DNA of 64,000 nt, taken from sequence record NC_048792.1. One strand, given 5' to 3'. This document shows, piece after piece, positions 8,753-17,731 of the stretch. Under the pieces are notes generated by a model that worked only from the letters and a program-made list of their open reading frames with translations, searched no databases and had not been told where the DNA came from. Positions within the stretch are counted from its first letter, which is position 1. The number at the start of each line of letters is the position of its first letter. The position numbers and the translations under genes are program-made.

Positions 8753-8883
8753 TCATTTTTTACGTCGTGTCTTATAGTGTGCTAAAAGCACACAAGACAT
8801 CTCGCAAGAGGGGTCACGGCGGAGCCTGTGACTATTAGGGGTTAGAATGACTGAGGAATGTAATGACGAAAGGAATTCCCTAA
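8753..8883 (+). repeat. GA-hairpin element, copy 1
   Basis: TCATTTTTTACGT, then GGTCACGGC-GGA-GCCTGTGACTATTA, then GAAT-GA-CT-GA-G-GA-AT-GTA-AT-GA-C-GA-A-AG-GA-ATTC inside a TAGGG/CCCTA stem. Confidence 0.85.
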
Positions 8884-8950
8884 GAGTACAGCTAGTCAAA
8901 TACCCTAGATGAATTAGTGTGATTATAACTCAATAATCCACGTCTAAGAG

Positions 8951-9310
8951 ATGGAAAATACGATGAGAAGAAACCAAGCAGTAATCGATAAATCAATCGA
9001 AGAACTGAACGATCTATGCATTGGTGGTCCAGAGACTAAAGAGAAAACTCTGGCAATCAGCTCTGCTATGATGCAGATCTTTACCAACGGCTTAGGCTTG
9101 ATGGTAAGTGCCTCTGAGGAAGGGAAGTATCCTCTGGGCAAATACGATTCATTCGCTGAAGTAAGTTTAGCGTCTAGTCGTATCTACGGTCAGATCGTAG
9201 TCTTCCGTGTACGCATCGGTTGGCAGGACACGACGTTCACTCGCTTCGTGTTCCTGGATGAAGCAGGTGCTCCAGCCGCAGCCGTTGATGATATCGGTAC
9301 TCCGTACTAA
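8951..9310 (+). CDS. Hypothetical protein
   Basis: 119 aa, followed by a terminator-like hairpin at 9321-9352. Confidence 0.65.
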   Translation: MENTMRRNQAVIDKSIEELNDLCIGGPETKEKTLAISSAMMQIFTNGLGLMVSASEEGKYPLGKYDSFAEVSLASSRIYGQIVVFRVRIGWQDTTFTRFVFLDEAGAPAAAVDDIGTPY

Positions 9311-9436
9311 GTAAAATGATCCAGCTCATTCCTCTAACCGGGAGTGGGTTGGGTTATTCCTTTTATTTTTTGACGCTATGTATCCATGGTATAGCGATTA
9401 TGCTAGTTTAACTATTGAAAACAAGGGAAGAGAAAC

Positions 9437-10084
9437 ATGTCTGATACTCGTAAGCCGACTAAGATCCTGAGCATGGGTAAGCTCGTAGTAGAAGAGCAAA
9501 TGGTTCGTGTGGTCGATATTAATCTTCTGGATCAAAACGGTGCACAGCGTCCGGATATGGAAGCATTCAATCCAGCCTTCGGCTTCACTAAAGATCCGGT
9601 AGTATTCCAGAACCCAATGGCAATGTTCGGTTGCGCCAGCTCTATCGAAGAGCTGAACGAGGCGATTAAACCTCACTACGAAAACCTGCCGTGGGAACTG
9701 TTCGAACTGATCGCTACCTTCAGCGAGACGTTCCGTATCTCCATCATGGTGAGCGCTAACAAAACGATCACCGCGCTGCTGGAAAGCAACGAAAGCACCA
9801 CGCTGGCCTGGTGGGTACCTAACCAGGGCGTGATCTATACTTCCTCTACCGATCGGGTACAGGCGATTCAACGTCGTCCGCTCAACCCATCGGAAGTTCT
9901 GTATGCATTCAGCATTGCGTTGGCACAGCTCGGTATCGGCGCGCCAGCGGTTAGCATCTCTCGTACTGAAGACAACGAAGGCGTAGCGGTTACTTATATC
10001 GACCAGGAAATGGCGATGAGCAACCCAGGTGCGTGTCGTATCTCTTTCGTGTTCCCATCCATGGCCACGGAAGTAAAACACTAA
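9437..10084 (+). CDS. Hypothetical protein, probably highly expressed
   Basis: 215 aa with strong codon bias. Upstream TTTTTTGAC...TATA promoter-like motif and downstream agggag-ttcg-ctccct terminator. Confidence 0.75.
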   Translation: MSDTRKPTKILSMGKLVVEEQMVRVVDINLLDQNGAQRPDMEAFNPAFGFTKDPVVFQNPMAMFGCASSIEELNEAIKPHYENLPWELFELIATFSETFRISIMVSANKTITALLESNESTTLAWWVPNQGVIYTSSTDRVQAIQRRPLNPSEVLYAFSIALAQLGIGAPAVSISRTEDNEGVAVTYIDQEMAMSNPGACRISFVFPSMATEVKH

Positions 10085-10204
10085 TTCATTCGACATGAGG
10101 GAGTTCGCTCCCTCTTTTTGTACAGGAGGATATAAACGCGAAGTGGTAACACTCTCCTCTCGCCAAGGTACTCGTTAAACACGACTACTTGAGGAAAAAA
10201 GAAC

Positions 10205-10873
10205 ATGCGCATGGTATTCTGGACTCTTGTCCTTTGCTTGGTAACATTCAGTTTCCCAGCAACCGCATCTGTATCCGTGAACCAGGCCGGTTGGAATAAA
10301 CACAAAACCGTCTTGCTTTCTACGTCCAAACGTACGGACGTAAACATGATGGATCTAGTCATTTTGGCTAGCATCGAATCAACTATGGGTCAAAACCGTC
10401 ATAACCGTTCCAGCTCCGCCGCAGGTCTGTTTGGGTTCACCGACAGTACGTGGCGTGTAATGGTTAAGCGTTACGGTAAACAGTACGGCATTCGACCTGG
10501 TACAAGTAAACAAAACCCGCGAGCCAACGCTTTGATGGCTGCGGAATACATCAAGGAAAATCAACGATATCTTGAGAAGCAACTTCACCGTAAAGTCGGT
10601 ATCGAAGAAATCTACATGGCTCACTTGCTCGGGCCTGGAGACGCTGTCAAGATCCTCAAAGCGCGTAACAACCGTTACGCTTCTTCCGTAACGCCTAGTG
10701 CTGCTCGGGGCAATAAAGCGTTCTTCTACGATAAAGGACGTGCCCGTACTGTAGCAGGATTTAAGCAATACGTTCATTCGAAAGTTAACAGCCACCGCAA
10801 AGCTTATAAAAGCGAAGTGGTTCTCTTAGCTTACAAACATCAACTCCCCCTAACTTTAGCTGACGCAACTTAA
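10205..10873 (+). CDS. SLT/lysozyme-like lytic transglycosylase with an N-terminal signal peptide
   Basis: Catalytic ASIES, SSAAGLFGFTDSTW and IYMAHLLGPG. Hydrophobic N-terminus ending FPATA. Confidence 0.8.
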   Translation: MRMVFWTLVLCLVTFSFPATASVSVNQAGWNKHKTVLLSTSKRTDVNMMDLVILASIESTMGQNRHNRSSSAAGLFGFTDSTWRVMVKRYGKQYGIRPGTSKQNPRANALMAAEYIKENQRYLEKQLHRKVGIEEIYMAHLLGPGDAVKILKARNNRYASSVTPSAARGNKAFFYDKGRARTVAGFKQYVHSKVNSHRKAYKSEVVLLAYKHQLPLTLADAT

Positions 10874-10982
10874 GCGTTCCGGGAATAACGAAGTGACCAT
10901 GGCGAGAGTAACTCATCCTTTCCTCTAGTTAATTCTAGAGGAAAGGGATCTATTCACTATTTTGTTAAAACAAGGAAACAAA

Positions 10983-11507
10983 ATGATTCACTATTCTCTG
11001 ACTTTTCCATGTGGTTTGATCGAACGTGTCTCTAAGAAAGGAGATGCAACTATCGTCACTGCTAATATCGCCAAGGGGAATTTCCACTTTAACGTACGCG
11101 GTGTTCGGGTCTACGATTCTTCCGTAGATAAGAAGCTCCCTAAGGAACATAAGGCTGCTATCGAGAAGTGTGAGCTCTACGGAGTTTGGCTGCATGTTCA
11201 GAAACACGGCGTGCCTCCAAAGGTTCAGTTCTTCTCCGACCTGCCGTATTACTTAGACGACTCGAAAGAGTTCCCTAAGTTCGTTCAGAGTTTCTGTGGT
11301 AAAGATGCCTCTGTGGTCGAGCTCTATTTCAAGCCAGGTTATGACGATGACCTTTTCAAGTCTATCGTAGAGGCCGCAGGTCGACCGGTACCTTACCTCA
11401 ACCCGATTAACCGACCTACGCTTTATGATGCGTTGACTTTCGACGTATTCGCGTCAGCGTTCAATCCTCGTGAACTTAAACAAAACATGTCTCGTGCAAA
11501 AGGATAA
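10983..11507 (+). CDS. Hypothetical protein
   Basis: AAGGAA RBS before ATG at 10983. Confidence 0.65.
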   Translation: MIHYSLTFPCGLIERVSKKGDATIVTANIAKGNFHFNVRGVRVYDSSVDKKLPKEHKAAIEKCELYGVWLHVQKHGVPPKVQFFSDLPYYLDDSKEFPKFVQSFCGKDASVVELYFKPGYDDDLFKSIVEAAGRPVPYLNPINRPTLYDALTFDVFASAFNPRELKQNMSRAKG

Positions 11508-11513
11508 CTGAAA

Positions 11514-12122
11514 ATGAAAACTGATTATATCCAAGTCTTTAACTCCGGCTCAGTAAACGTTGAATCTCGCAGAGTAGGCAACGACCAACTCCATTATGTC
11601 ATTCGCATTGATGGTGGCGTTCAGGTTACATTCACCTCCGTAAAACTTCCACTGACCTTCGTACTCGAGCGAGCTTATATCCTGCACTACTACGAAAACT
11701 ATGGTGGTTCTAACTATTGGAAGAAAGCGGTCCCTTCTGCTATCGCGGAAGCCCTTCGTACCATCAGCACTACTCATCTGGTCGGGGAAGTTTATCTCGA
11801 TACTTTCAAGCGTCTGATCGTTTCCGGCCAGGGTCGTTTGAACATTCCCCACATGGTGAGGGAAGTTGCTAAGTTGATCGATATGGGTACCGAAGATTTT
11901 ACTGTTAGGGTACAACGTTTCGAACTGAGTACCGACAGCAAGTTCCAGGTAATTCAAACTCTGTCAGCGGTATTCGATTTCGGCGAAGATCATTTCCGAC
12001 CGACCAAAACGGTCACCTTTACTCGCGTCGTTCCACAAGGCGCTTATCCGTTTAATTACCAAGAATTGGCTCAAGCTATGCGCGCTGAAGTCAATTTAGT
12101 TATCCGTGACATCAACGGCTAA
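11514..12122 (+). CDS. Hypothetical protein
   Basis: 202 aa, AAGGA RBS, terminator cgcctaggg-aatt-ccctaggcg downstream. Confidence 0.65.
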   Translation: MKTDYIQVFNSGSVNVESRRVGNDQLHYVIRIDGGVQVTFTSVKLPLTFVLERAYILHYYENYGGSNYWKKAVPSAIAEALRTISTTHLVGEVYLDTFKRLIVSGQGRLNIPHMVREVAKLIDMGTEDFTVRVQRFELSTDSKFQVIQTLSAVFDFGEDHFRPTKTVTFTRVVPQGAYPFNYQELAQAMRAEVNLVIRDING

Positions 12123-12182
12123 ATAACAACATACTCGCCTAGGGAATTCCCTAGGCGTTTTATACCGTATATCGGAGTAGTC

Positions 12183-12761
12183 ATGAAAGATTCAATTAAG
12201 CACGCGTTTCGTACCATACTTGAAACATACCGTACTGAGATAGAGCCATCTCGAGTCATTAGCGACCATGGCGGTATTGCCTTATTCCACCAATTTGAAA
12301 CTGATTTACCAGAAGAACACATCCATACGGCTGCATTGATTAACATTACAGATCACGTAGATCTCTTCGACATTGATCCTCTACGTGGTATCTGCCTACC
12401 CTGTGCATTATTCGTTACTGCCTATATGCAGGATGTTTACGGGTATGGCGTAGTTAGGCAGGATCTTAAAGTACCGAATGAAGACTTCAGTGATTCGGTA
12501 TTCCTTCACACTTTCATCTTGGAAGACGGTCTGCACTTCGATACATGTTACGTCGAGGGTCTGCGCTATATCCACGATCACCCTTTACTGCGCCAATTCG
12601 ATGAAGATGAGGATTGGTGGTTATCATTCTCGGATACTAAAGAAGATTATGGTATTATCCATAAGGGTACGGAACTTAGTGACTTCTTCGTTAAATGCGC
12701 TGATTTGATCTACCCTGCCGCGTGCTCCCGTACGGAATTCAAAAAGATATTCCTTAACTAA
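12183..12761 (+). CDS. Hypothetical protein with a possible Cys-His-Asp (papain/transglutaminase-like) triad
   Basis: GICLPCALFV ... LHTFILEDGLHFDT. Confidence 0.5.
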   Translation: MKDSIKHAFRTILETYRTEIEPSRVISDHGGIALFHQFETDLPEEHIHTAALINITDHVDLFDIDPLRGICLPCALFVTAYMQDVYGYGVVRQDLKVPNEDFSDSVFLHTFILEDGLHFDTCYVEGLRYIHDHPLLRQFDEDEDWWLSFSDTKEDYGIIHKGTELSDFFVKCADLIYPAACSRTEFKKIFLN

Positions 12762-12850
12762 GTTACGTAAAAAATAAACTCATCATCGTAGTCTATGTAC
12801 GGGATTCTCTTTAGAGTATCCTTTAGTTCATTAACGAAGAGAGATTTCTC

Positions 12851-13450
12851 ATGGCTAAAAGTAATGAGAATGAAGTAGCGTTCTTCTTCCAGATTACGCC
12901 CGAAACACGGCAGACTCTGTTGGAGACACCAGACTACCTCATCATCACTCAGTCGGAAATCCAAACCGTAGCCGACAACGGCCTGCGGTTAACTAACCGT
13001 GTTCGTCGTACCGAAGCTGTTCAGGCTAAGACCTCAGTTGGGGTTGTGTTTGAGTGCGCGACTAAATATCGGTTCCCTGGTAAACCCGGCGATATGACTT
13101 CTCGTTGTCTGGAACGTGAATTCCAAGTTAGCGAAGAAGAATACGAACTTGCGTTGCCTTTTGGTGAGCGAGTTTACCACAAGCGTCGTTTCTCATTCAA
13201 CTTAGCTGGATTTGAAGCAGACCTTGACTGGTTCGTCGAGAAAGAGTCTAACGACTTCGGCGAATGGGTTAAACTGGATATCAATGTTCCTGAGGAAGGC
13301 ATCACTGACAGTAAGCTCTATCAGTTACTGACTAAGTTGCCGCAATCAGGCATCACTATTGCAAACCTGATTAACCCACCTGGTATTTACAACGAACGTA
13401 TCAAATCCACTATTAGTGACCTGATGCAGAATACCTGGAACCTGGCATAA
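12851..13450 (+). CDS. CYTH-like (triphosphate tunnel) protein
   Basis: N-terminal ENE motif, later YHKRRFSF, DLDWF and WVKLDINV strands. Confidence 0.55.
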   Translation: MAKSNENEVAFFFQITPETRQTLLETPDYLIITQSEIQTVADNGLRLTNRVRRTEAVQAKTSVGVVFECATKYRFPGKPGDMTSRCLEREFQVSEEEYELALPFGERVYHKRRFSFNLAGFEADLDWFVEKESNDFGEWVKLDINVPEEGITDSKLYQLLTKLPQSGITIANLINPPGIYNERIKSTISDLMQNTWNLA

Positions 13451-13520
13451 AGCCAACCGCACGGCGTAGGGGAATTCCTCTACGCCAAAACACCCATTTA
13501 TTTTTGAGGAGTATATCTCC

Positions 13521-13961
13521 ATGCGCAAACAATGTATTATTTGTAACGTAACCTTCGATCTTTCCCAATTCATGCGTGACGGTAAAGAACATGCCGATTG
13601 CAATGGTTGCAACTGCTTCCAAAAAGCGAAGCCTGCTGCCAAAGTATTTGAACGTGTTACTGAGGTAAAAGATACCTGCAAGTGCCCGACGTGTTTAGAA
13701 GAGAAATCGATTAAAGAGTTCACAAAGGACTACAAGGTATATCGTTATTGCAATACCTGTCGTACCGAAGCACTCGAAAAACGAAGTGCAAAAAACAAAG
13801 AACTCTTGGGTGCATTCGCGCCCAAATCTCAAACGCTTTGCCGCTGTTATCGTTGCGGTCGCATTAGTGCCACAACGAGTGGAGATTTTAAAATATCAAC
13901 AACCTCCGAAACAGGGTATAGCTTTTACTGTTATACGGTTTGTAAAGGGAGACGTGGATGA
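13521..13961 (+). CDS. Multi-zinc-finger protein
   Basis: Six CxxC-type pairs (CIIC, CNGC, CPTC, CNTC, CYRC, CYTVC). Confidence 0.7.
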   Translation: MRKQCIICNVTFDLSQFMRDGKEHADCNGCNCFQKAKPAAKVFERVTEVKDTCKCPTCLEEKSIKEFTKDYKVYRYCNTCRTEALEKRSAKNKELLGAFAPKSQTLCRCYRCGRISATTSGDFKISTTSETGYSFYCYTVCKGRRG

Positions 13962-14419
13962 AAGTCACCGTTAAACTTTCTGAAGGTATTGTTCAGAACG
14001 TTTCAGTGATCGATGATAGTAACGACGTAGTGCTGAACATCGCCCGTCGTTCCTCGGTAGCCAGACATTGTTTAATCGTTGGTACCAAAGACGGTTTACA
14101 AGTTTACCGCATTACTCGTACGCAGGCTGGTCGTAAGTTACCGATCCGCCCACTACTTAATCTCATCGAAGAAGATCTGAAAAGCCACTATAACTTAATG
14201 TTCCGTGGCGTATGCTGGGGTAAGCCGTCCTACTCTGTTTACAATGGCGTTAACCACTTCGTACTCAATACCTGTTTTATTAGTACCTGGGAAGGCGAAA
14301 TCACCGAAGTCTTTAAAGAGACTCTGGAAAAGGCTGGGCTAGACACAGTTCCCAAAGCTGGACTTGTCGAGTTCATCAAGTACTTTACCTTCCAAACACC
14401 TGAGCCAGAAGAAGAATAG
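13958..14419 (+). CDS. Hypothetical protein
   Basis: 153 aa, ATGA overlap with the upstream stop. Confidence 0.65.
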   Translation: MKVTVKLSEGIVQNVSVIDDSNDVVLNIARRSSVARHCLIVGTKDGLQVYRITRTQAGRKLPIRPLLNLIEEDLKSHYNLMFRGVCWGKPSYSVYNGVNHFVLNTCFISTWEGEITEVFKETLEKAGLDTVPKAGLVEFIKYFTFQTPEPEEE

Positions 14420-14494
14420 AGAGAGCCTCTGCACACTTTGTGTGCAGAGGTTTTTCTTTCTGTTACCCTCTTTTCTTTTTTGTTAGGAGTGCCC

Positions 14495-15301
14495 ATGGAA
14501 CAAGTCACCTCAGCTATACCTGAGTCTACTGTAGATGAAAACAAGTATGCCATGACCTTCATGCTTTCTTTCAAACCAGAGAATGTAACACCTGGGTCAT
14601 TGATTATCGACTTGTATGCCAATGGGGAAACTTACCCCGTACTGCTCTCTGTACCGCTGGGCTATGAAGTTCCATTTGAGAACACCGGGGACGTTAAGAA
14701 GATTATTGAAACGTTGATGAAAGGTGGCGCTAAGTTCACGGATGATTGGAGGATTGTTTCTACTTTCCTGGTCCACAAGGTCAGCCTCATCGACGATATG
14801 TATCGCTTTGAGTTTGGTGAAGTCGTTTGCGTTCCACACGTAGACGAAGATGGGTTCGTTAGCGACTATCAGGTTTTGGCTGACGATACTGAACTCGATA
14901 TGTCGGTTCACCGTATTGATCGTCATCTCATTGTTGTTCACGATAAAGTCAACAGTGAAGATATTACCGTCCACATGGTGACTGAAGATCAACCGGTTAA
15001 AACTGGAGACTGTATCGCTACAATCTTTGATATCGATACCAAGGAGAACTTCATCTACAACCTTTACAACTACAAACGTAAAGACGATGAAGAAAAGACC
15101 AACTACATCTGCGCCATGGTTTGGTTGACTCAAACTCAATCACTTGGTCAGTTTAGTTTCATGACAGGTAACTTCAGTTTGGCTAAGAGCGACTTAGGTG
15201 ATATTGACCCAGGTTACCTTGCAGCGACGGTAACAGAACCAGACGGAACTGAGTACGATTTCGAAATTCCTAAAGAGCACTATATCGCCTCACTTCACTA
15301 A
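14495..15301 (+). CDS. Hypothetical acidic protein
   Basis: AGGAG RBS supports ATG at 14495. Confidence 0.65.
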   Translation: MEQVTSAIPESTVDENKYAMTFMLSFKPENVTPGSLIIDLYANGETYPVLLSVPLGYEVPFENTGDVKKIIETLMKGGAKFTDDWRIVSTFLVHKVSLIDDMYRFEFGEVVCVPHVDEDGFVSDYQVLADDTELDMSVHRIDRHLIVVHDKVNSEDITVHMVTEDQPVKTGDCIATIFDIDTKENFIYNLYNYKRKDDEEKTNYICAMVWLTQTQSLGQFSFMTGNFSLAKSDLGDIDPGYLAATVTEPDGTEYDFEIPKEHYIASLH

Positions 15302-15341
15302 AACAAAATAGGTAGGAGGGTTTCCCCTCCTACTTGTGACC

Positions 15342-16175
15342 TTACATGAATCCGCCGATAAGGTTTCGGTAATAGTTCCCAGCTGCACTGGCATCCGAAA
15401 GGAAGTTGACAGCTTGCCATTCTTCCCTGAAGTATTCTTTATAGAGCTCTGCTGCATCCGAGTATCCGTCGACGAACTCTTGGATGACTGGCATTTCACT
15501 ACCACCTTCCAAGTAGCCCTGATTAAGACTTACCTTCAGATTATTATAGATCCATGCTTTCGTTGCATAGACGCACAGCTGAACAAATTGTGGAACAGCC
15601 CTAGGTGGCAGGGTATTCATATCAGCGTCATGGGAAACACGGCAGGTAATAGAGCCTTGTTTAACAGAACCCATGTAGTCCGTGATGAGAATCGTATTCT
15701 CACCAATCAGACGGACAGCTGCTGAACCCGTAAGACCACCTGGGGCGGCGGAGGTGAGGATTTTAGATGCGTAGTTCATCAACTGGGAGTTACCACAGTT
15801 GTTCATCGAGTAGTCGTTGTTCAACGTACCACCGATCATGGTTTGTGCACCCAGGTTATACGTATAGTTGAAGTACAACGTTTCAACAATAGTACGACCC
15901 TGAGTTAAACGTTTAGGGATACGTACCACGGTACGATAGTCACCAGTTGGATCAGGGATTACTTCCGCTTGAGCTAATGGGATGTTAATCTCAAGAGCAC
16001 CGAGAAGGTTACAATCTGCCCTGACTTTCGCATCGATAACTTTGTTACGGATCTCCCAGTCCAATGACCCCGGAGAGATTCGTTCCCTTCCTCGTTTACC
16101 GAGAAATGCTATTTCAAGGACATCGGTTGGAATTTCAAACCGAATATCCGAGATAACTTTATGAAGGACTGACAT
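15342..16175 (-). CDS. Conserved phiKZ-like protein, probable virion structural protein
   Basis: 277 aa, AGGAGG RBS, transcribed divergently from phuZ as in phiKZ-like genomes. Confidence 0.6.
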   Translation of the reverse strand: MSVLHKVISDIRFEIPTDVLEIAFLGKRGRERISPGSLDWEIRNKVIDAKVRADCNLLGALEINIPLAQAEVIPDPTGDYRTVVRIPKRLTQGRTIVETLYFNYTYNLGAQTMIGGTLNNDYSMNNCGNSQLMNYASKILTSAAPGGLTGSAAVRLIGENTILITDYMGSVKQGSITCRVSHDADMNTLPPRAVPQFVQLCVYATKAWIYNNLKVSLNQGYLEGGSEMPVIQEFVDGYSDAAELYKEYFREEWQAVNFLSDASAAGNYYRNLIGGFM

Positions 16176-16281
16176 GGGCTACCTCCTAGTAGGATCCGTC
16201 AGGTTATTTTTTACATCTCTTCTGAAGATGTGTAGCAATTACACAGATAAAGTAGTTTTTTCTTATCAGTAGTGAGGAAAT

Positions 16282-17244
16282 ATGCAAACTCGTAATAGCG
16301 TCTCTATCTATGGTTGTGGCGGTGCCGGTATCGACCTGGTAAACCGTCTGCTCGATCAAGACCTCAGTGGTCTGGCTTATGTCAACGCTGCCTTCGTAGA
16401 CAGCAGCAAATCCAACTTCAACGGCCGCTACGATCCTAAGACGTGTTACGTCCTGGAAGGCGTAGATGGCTCCGGTAAAGAGCGTTCGATCAACTACCCT
16501 CTGATCGCTCGTGCAGTAGACGATGTTCTGCTGTCACACAAACCATCCGACCTGAACATCCTGGTCTTCTCTGCATCCGGCGGTACTGGTTCAGTATTCT
16601 CACTGAAAATCGCCGAAGCGCTGTGGGAACAAAACAAAGCCGTTCTGCTGTTCGTCGTCGGTTCGACCGAAAGCGGTAAAACCACCGGTAACGTTCTGGA
16701 TACTCTGTATTCGATCGATACCATGGCTCGGAAGAAAAACGTCTCTGCGGTTGTCTACTACGACACCAATGGCAGCAACGTCCGTAACTCTGAAGTCGAC
16801 ATCAACATGCTGACCGGTATGCGTTGGATCCTGGATCTCTACGCAGGTACTCACCACGGCCTTGATAGCGCCGATGTTCTCAACTGGGCTCGTCCTACTA
16901 GCGGCGCCAAAGTAACACCTCAGCTCTGCCTGCTGGACATCACCGAAGATCGCAACGAAGCGATCGAAATCGAAGCACCAATCTCTGTTGCTGAACTGCA
17001 CGGTGACGACTATCGTGGTGAAGGTACTATCGCCGCTGACTACAGCGCGTATGGTAACCGTCGCGAAAGTGGTAAAGGTTCTCTGTACTTCAGCATCTAC
17101 ACCCATGGCCTGGGTTCGCTGATGGATGAACTGAAAACCATCAAGGACGATTACGAGCGTCGTAAGGCCTCTCGTGAGAAACTGACTTCTTCTGTAATGA
17201 AGAACTCTGGGCCGTCCGAAGACGACGGGATGTTTTTCTCCTAA
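16282..17244 (+). CDS. phuZ: PhuZ tubulin-like spindle protein
   Basis: GCGGAG, tubulin signature SASGGTGS, and acidic C-terminal tail EDDGMFFS. Confidence 0.93.
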   Translation: MQTRNSVSIYGCGGAGIDLVNRLLDQDLSGLAYVNAAFVDSSKSNFNGRYDPKTCYVLEGVDGSGKERSINYPLIARAVDDVLLSHKPSDLNILVFSASGGTGSVFSLKIAEALWEQNKAVLLFVVGSTESGKTTGNVLDTLYSIDTMARKKNVSAVVYYDTNGSNVRNSEVDINMLTGMRWILDLYAGTHHGLDSADVLNWARPTSGAKVTPQLCLLDITEDRNEAIEIEAPISVAELHGDDYRGEGTIAADYSAYGNRRESGKGSLYFSIYTHGLGSLMDELKTIKDDYERRKASREKLTSSVMKNSGPSEDDGMFFS

Positions 17245-17518
17245 TAGTATGTAGAAAACATTCTTCGTGTTTCAAAGTAGTTCAATCTTGATCTTCGGCA
17301 GTTAACGCTGCGCTTGGATTCGGATAAAACTCTGGGCGGGGTTAACCTCCCGCTCCGTTTAACAATTTGGAAAAGGTCTGAAGAAGACCAACCCCTCGCG
17401 GATTAAGTTCCGTACATTAGCCGACTAAATCGTATTCGGCTCTAAACAAGATATACCGCACTATAGATCTGCAAACAAACGTTGAACGATTGAACGCTGT
17501 AGCGTCTTCCTTCCGTAG

Positions 17519-17560
17519 CTATCTCCCTCGGCGACCTTAACCGGTCGTCGGGGAGAGATA
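17519..17560 (+). terminator. Long hairpin terminator
   Basis: atctccctcggcgacc-ttaacc-ggtcgtcggggagagat. Confidence 0.7.
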
Positions 17561-17598
17561 TGCTATTATGACTTTTTTGCTCGAAATGATTTCAGAAC

Positions 17599-17614
17599 TA
17601 TATTACTACAATGA
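17599..17614 (+). promoter_or_regulatory. Early promoter TATATTAC-N5-TGA for the orphan-ORF array
   Basis: gaaatgatttcagaacTATATTACtacaaTGA. Confidence 0.75.
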
Positions 17615-17731
17615 TAGGAGTTTTATACTCTAGAACTTACTGTATCAAATTGTACGTAGCTTTCACTTATAATGAGGGTAGTTGCTGCACATTTGGTATT
17701 AAATTGAATCTGGTGGATTACAGGGACAATT

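Noticed and set aside
8851-8870. Hammerhead ribozyme core (CTGAGGA...GAAA here, CTGAAGA...GAAA in copy 3)
   Set aside because: The intervening bases do not form stem II with the required closing pair, no stem I/III or NUH site fits, and copy 2 lacks the motif. The pattern is explained by the tandem GA/GA hairpin.
10880-10900. Possible fourth GA-hairpin copy (GGGAATAACGAAGTGACC)
   Set aside because: Only a minimal AC-GAA-GT core is present; it lacks hairpin 1 and the TCATTTTTTACGT leader.
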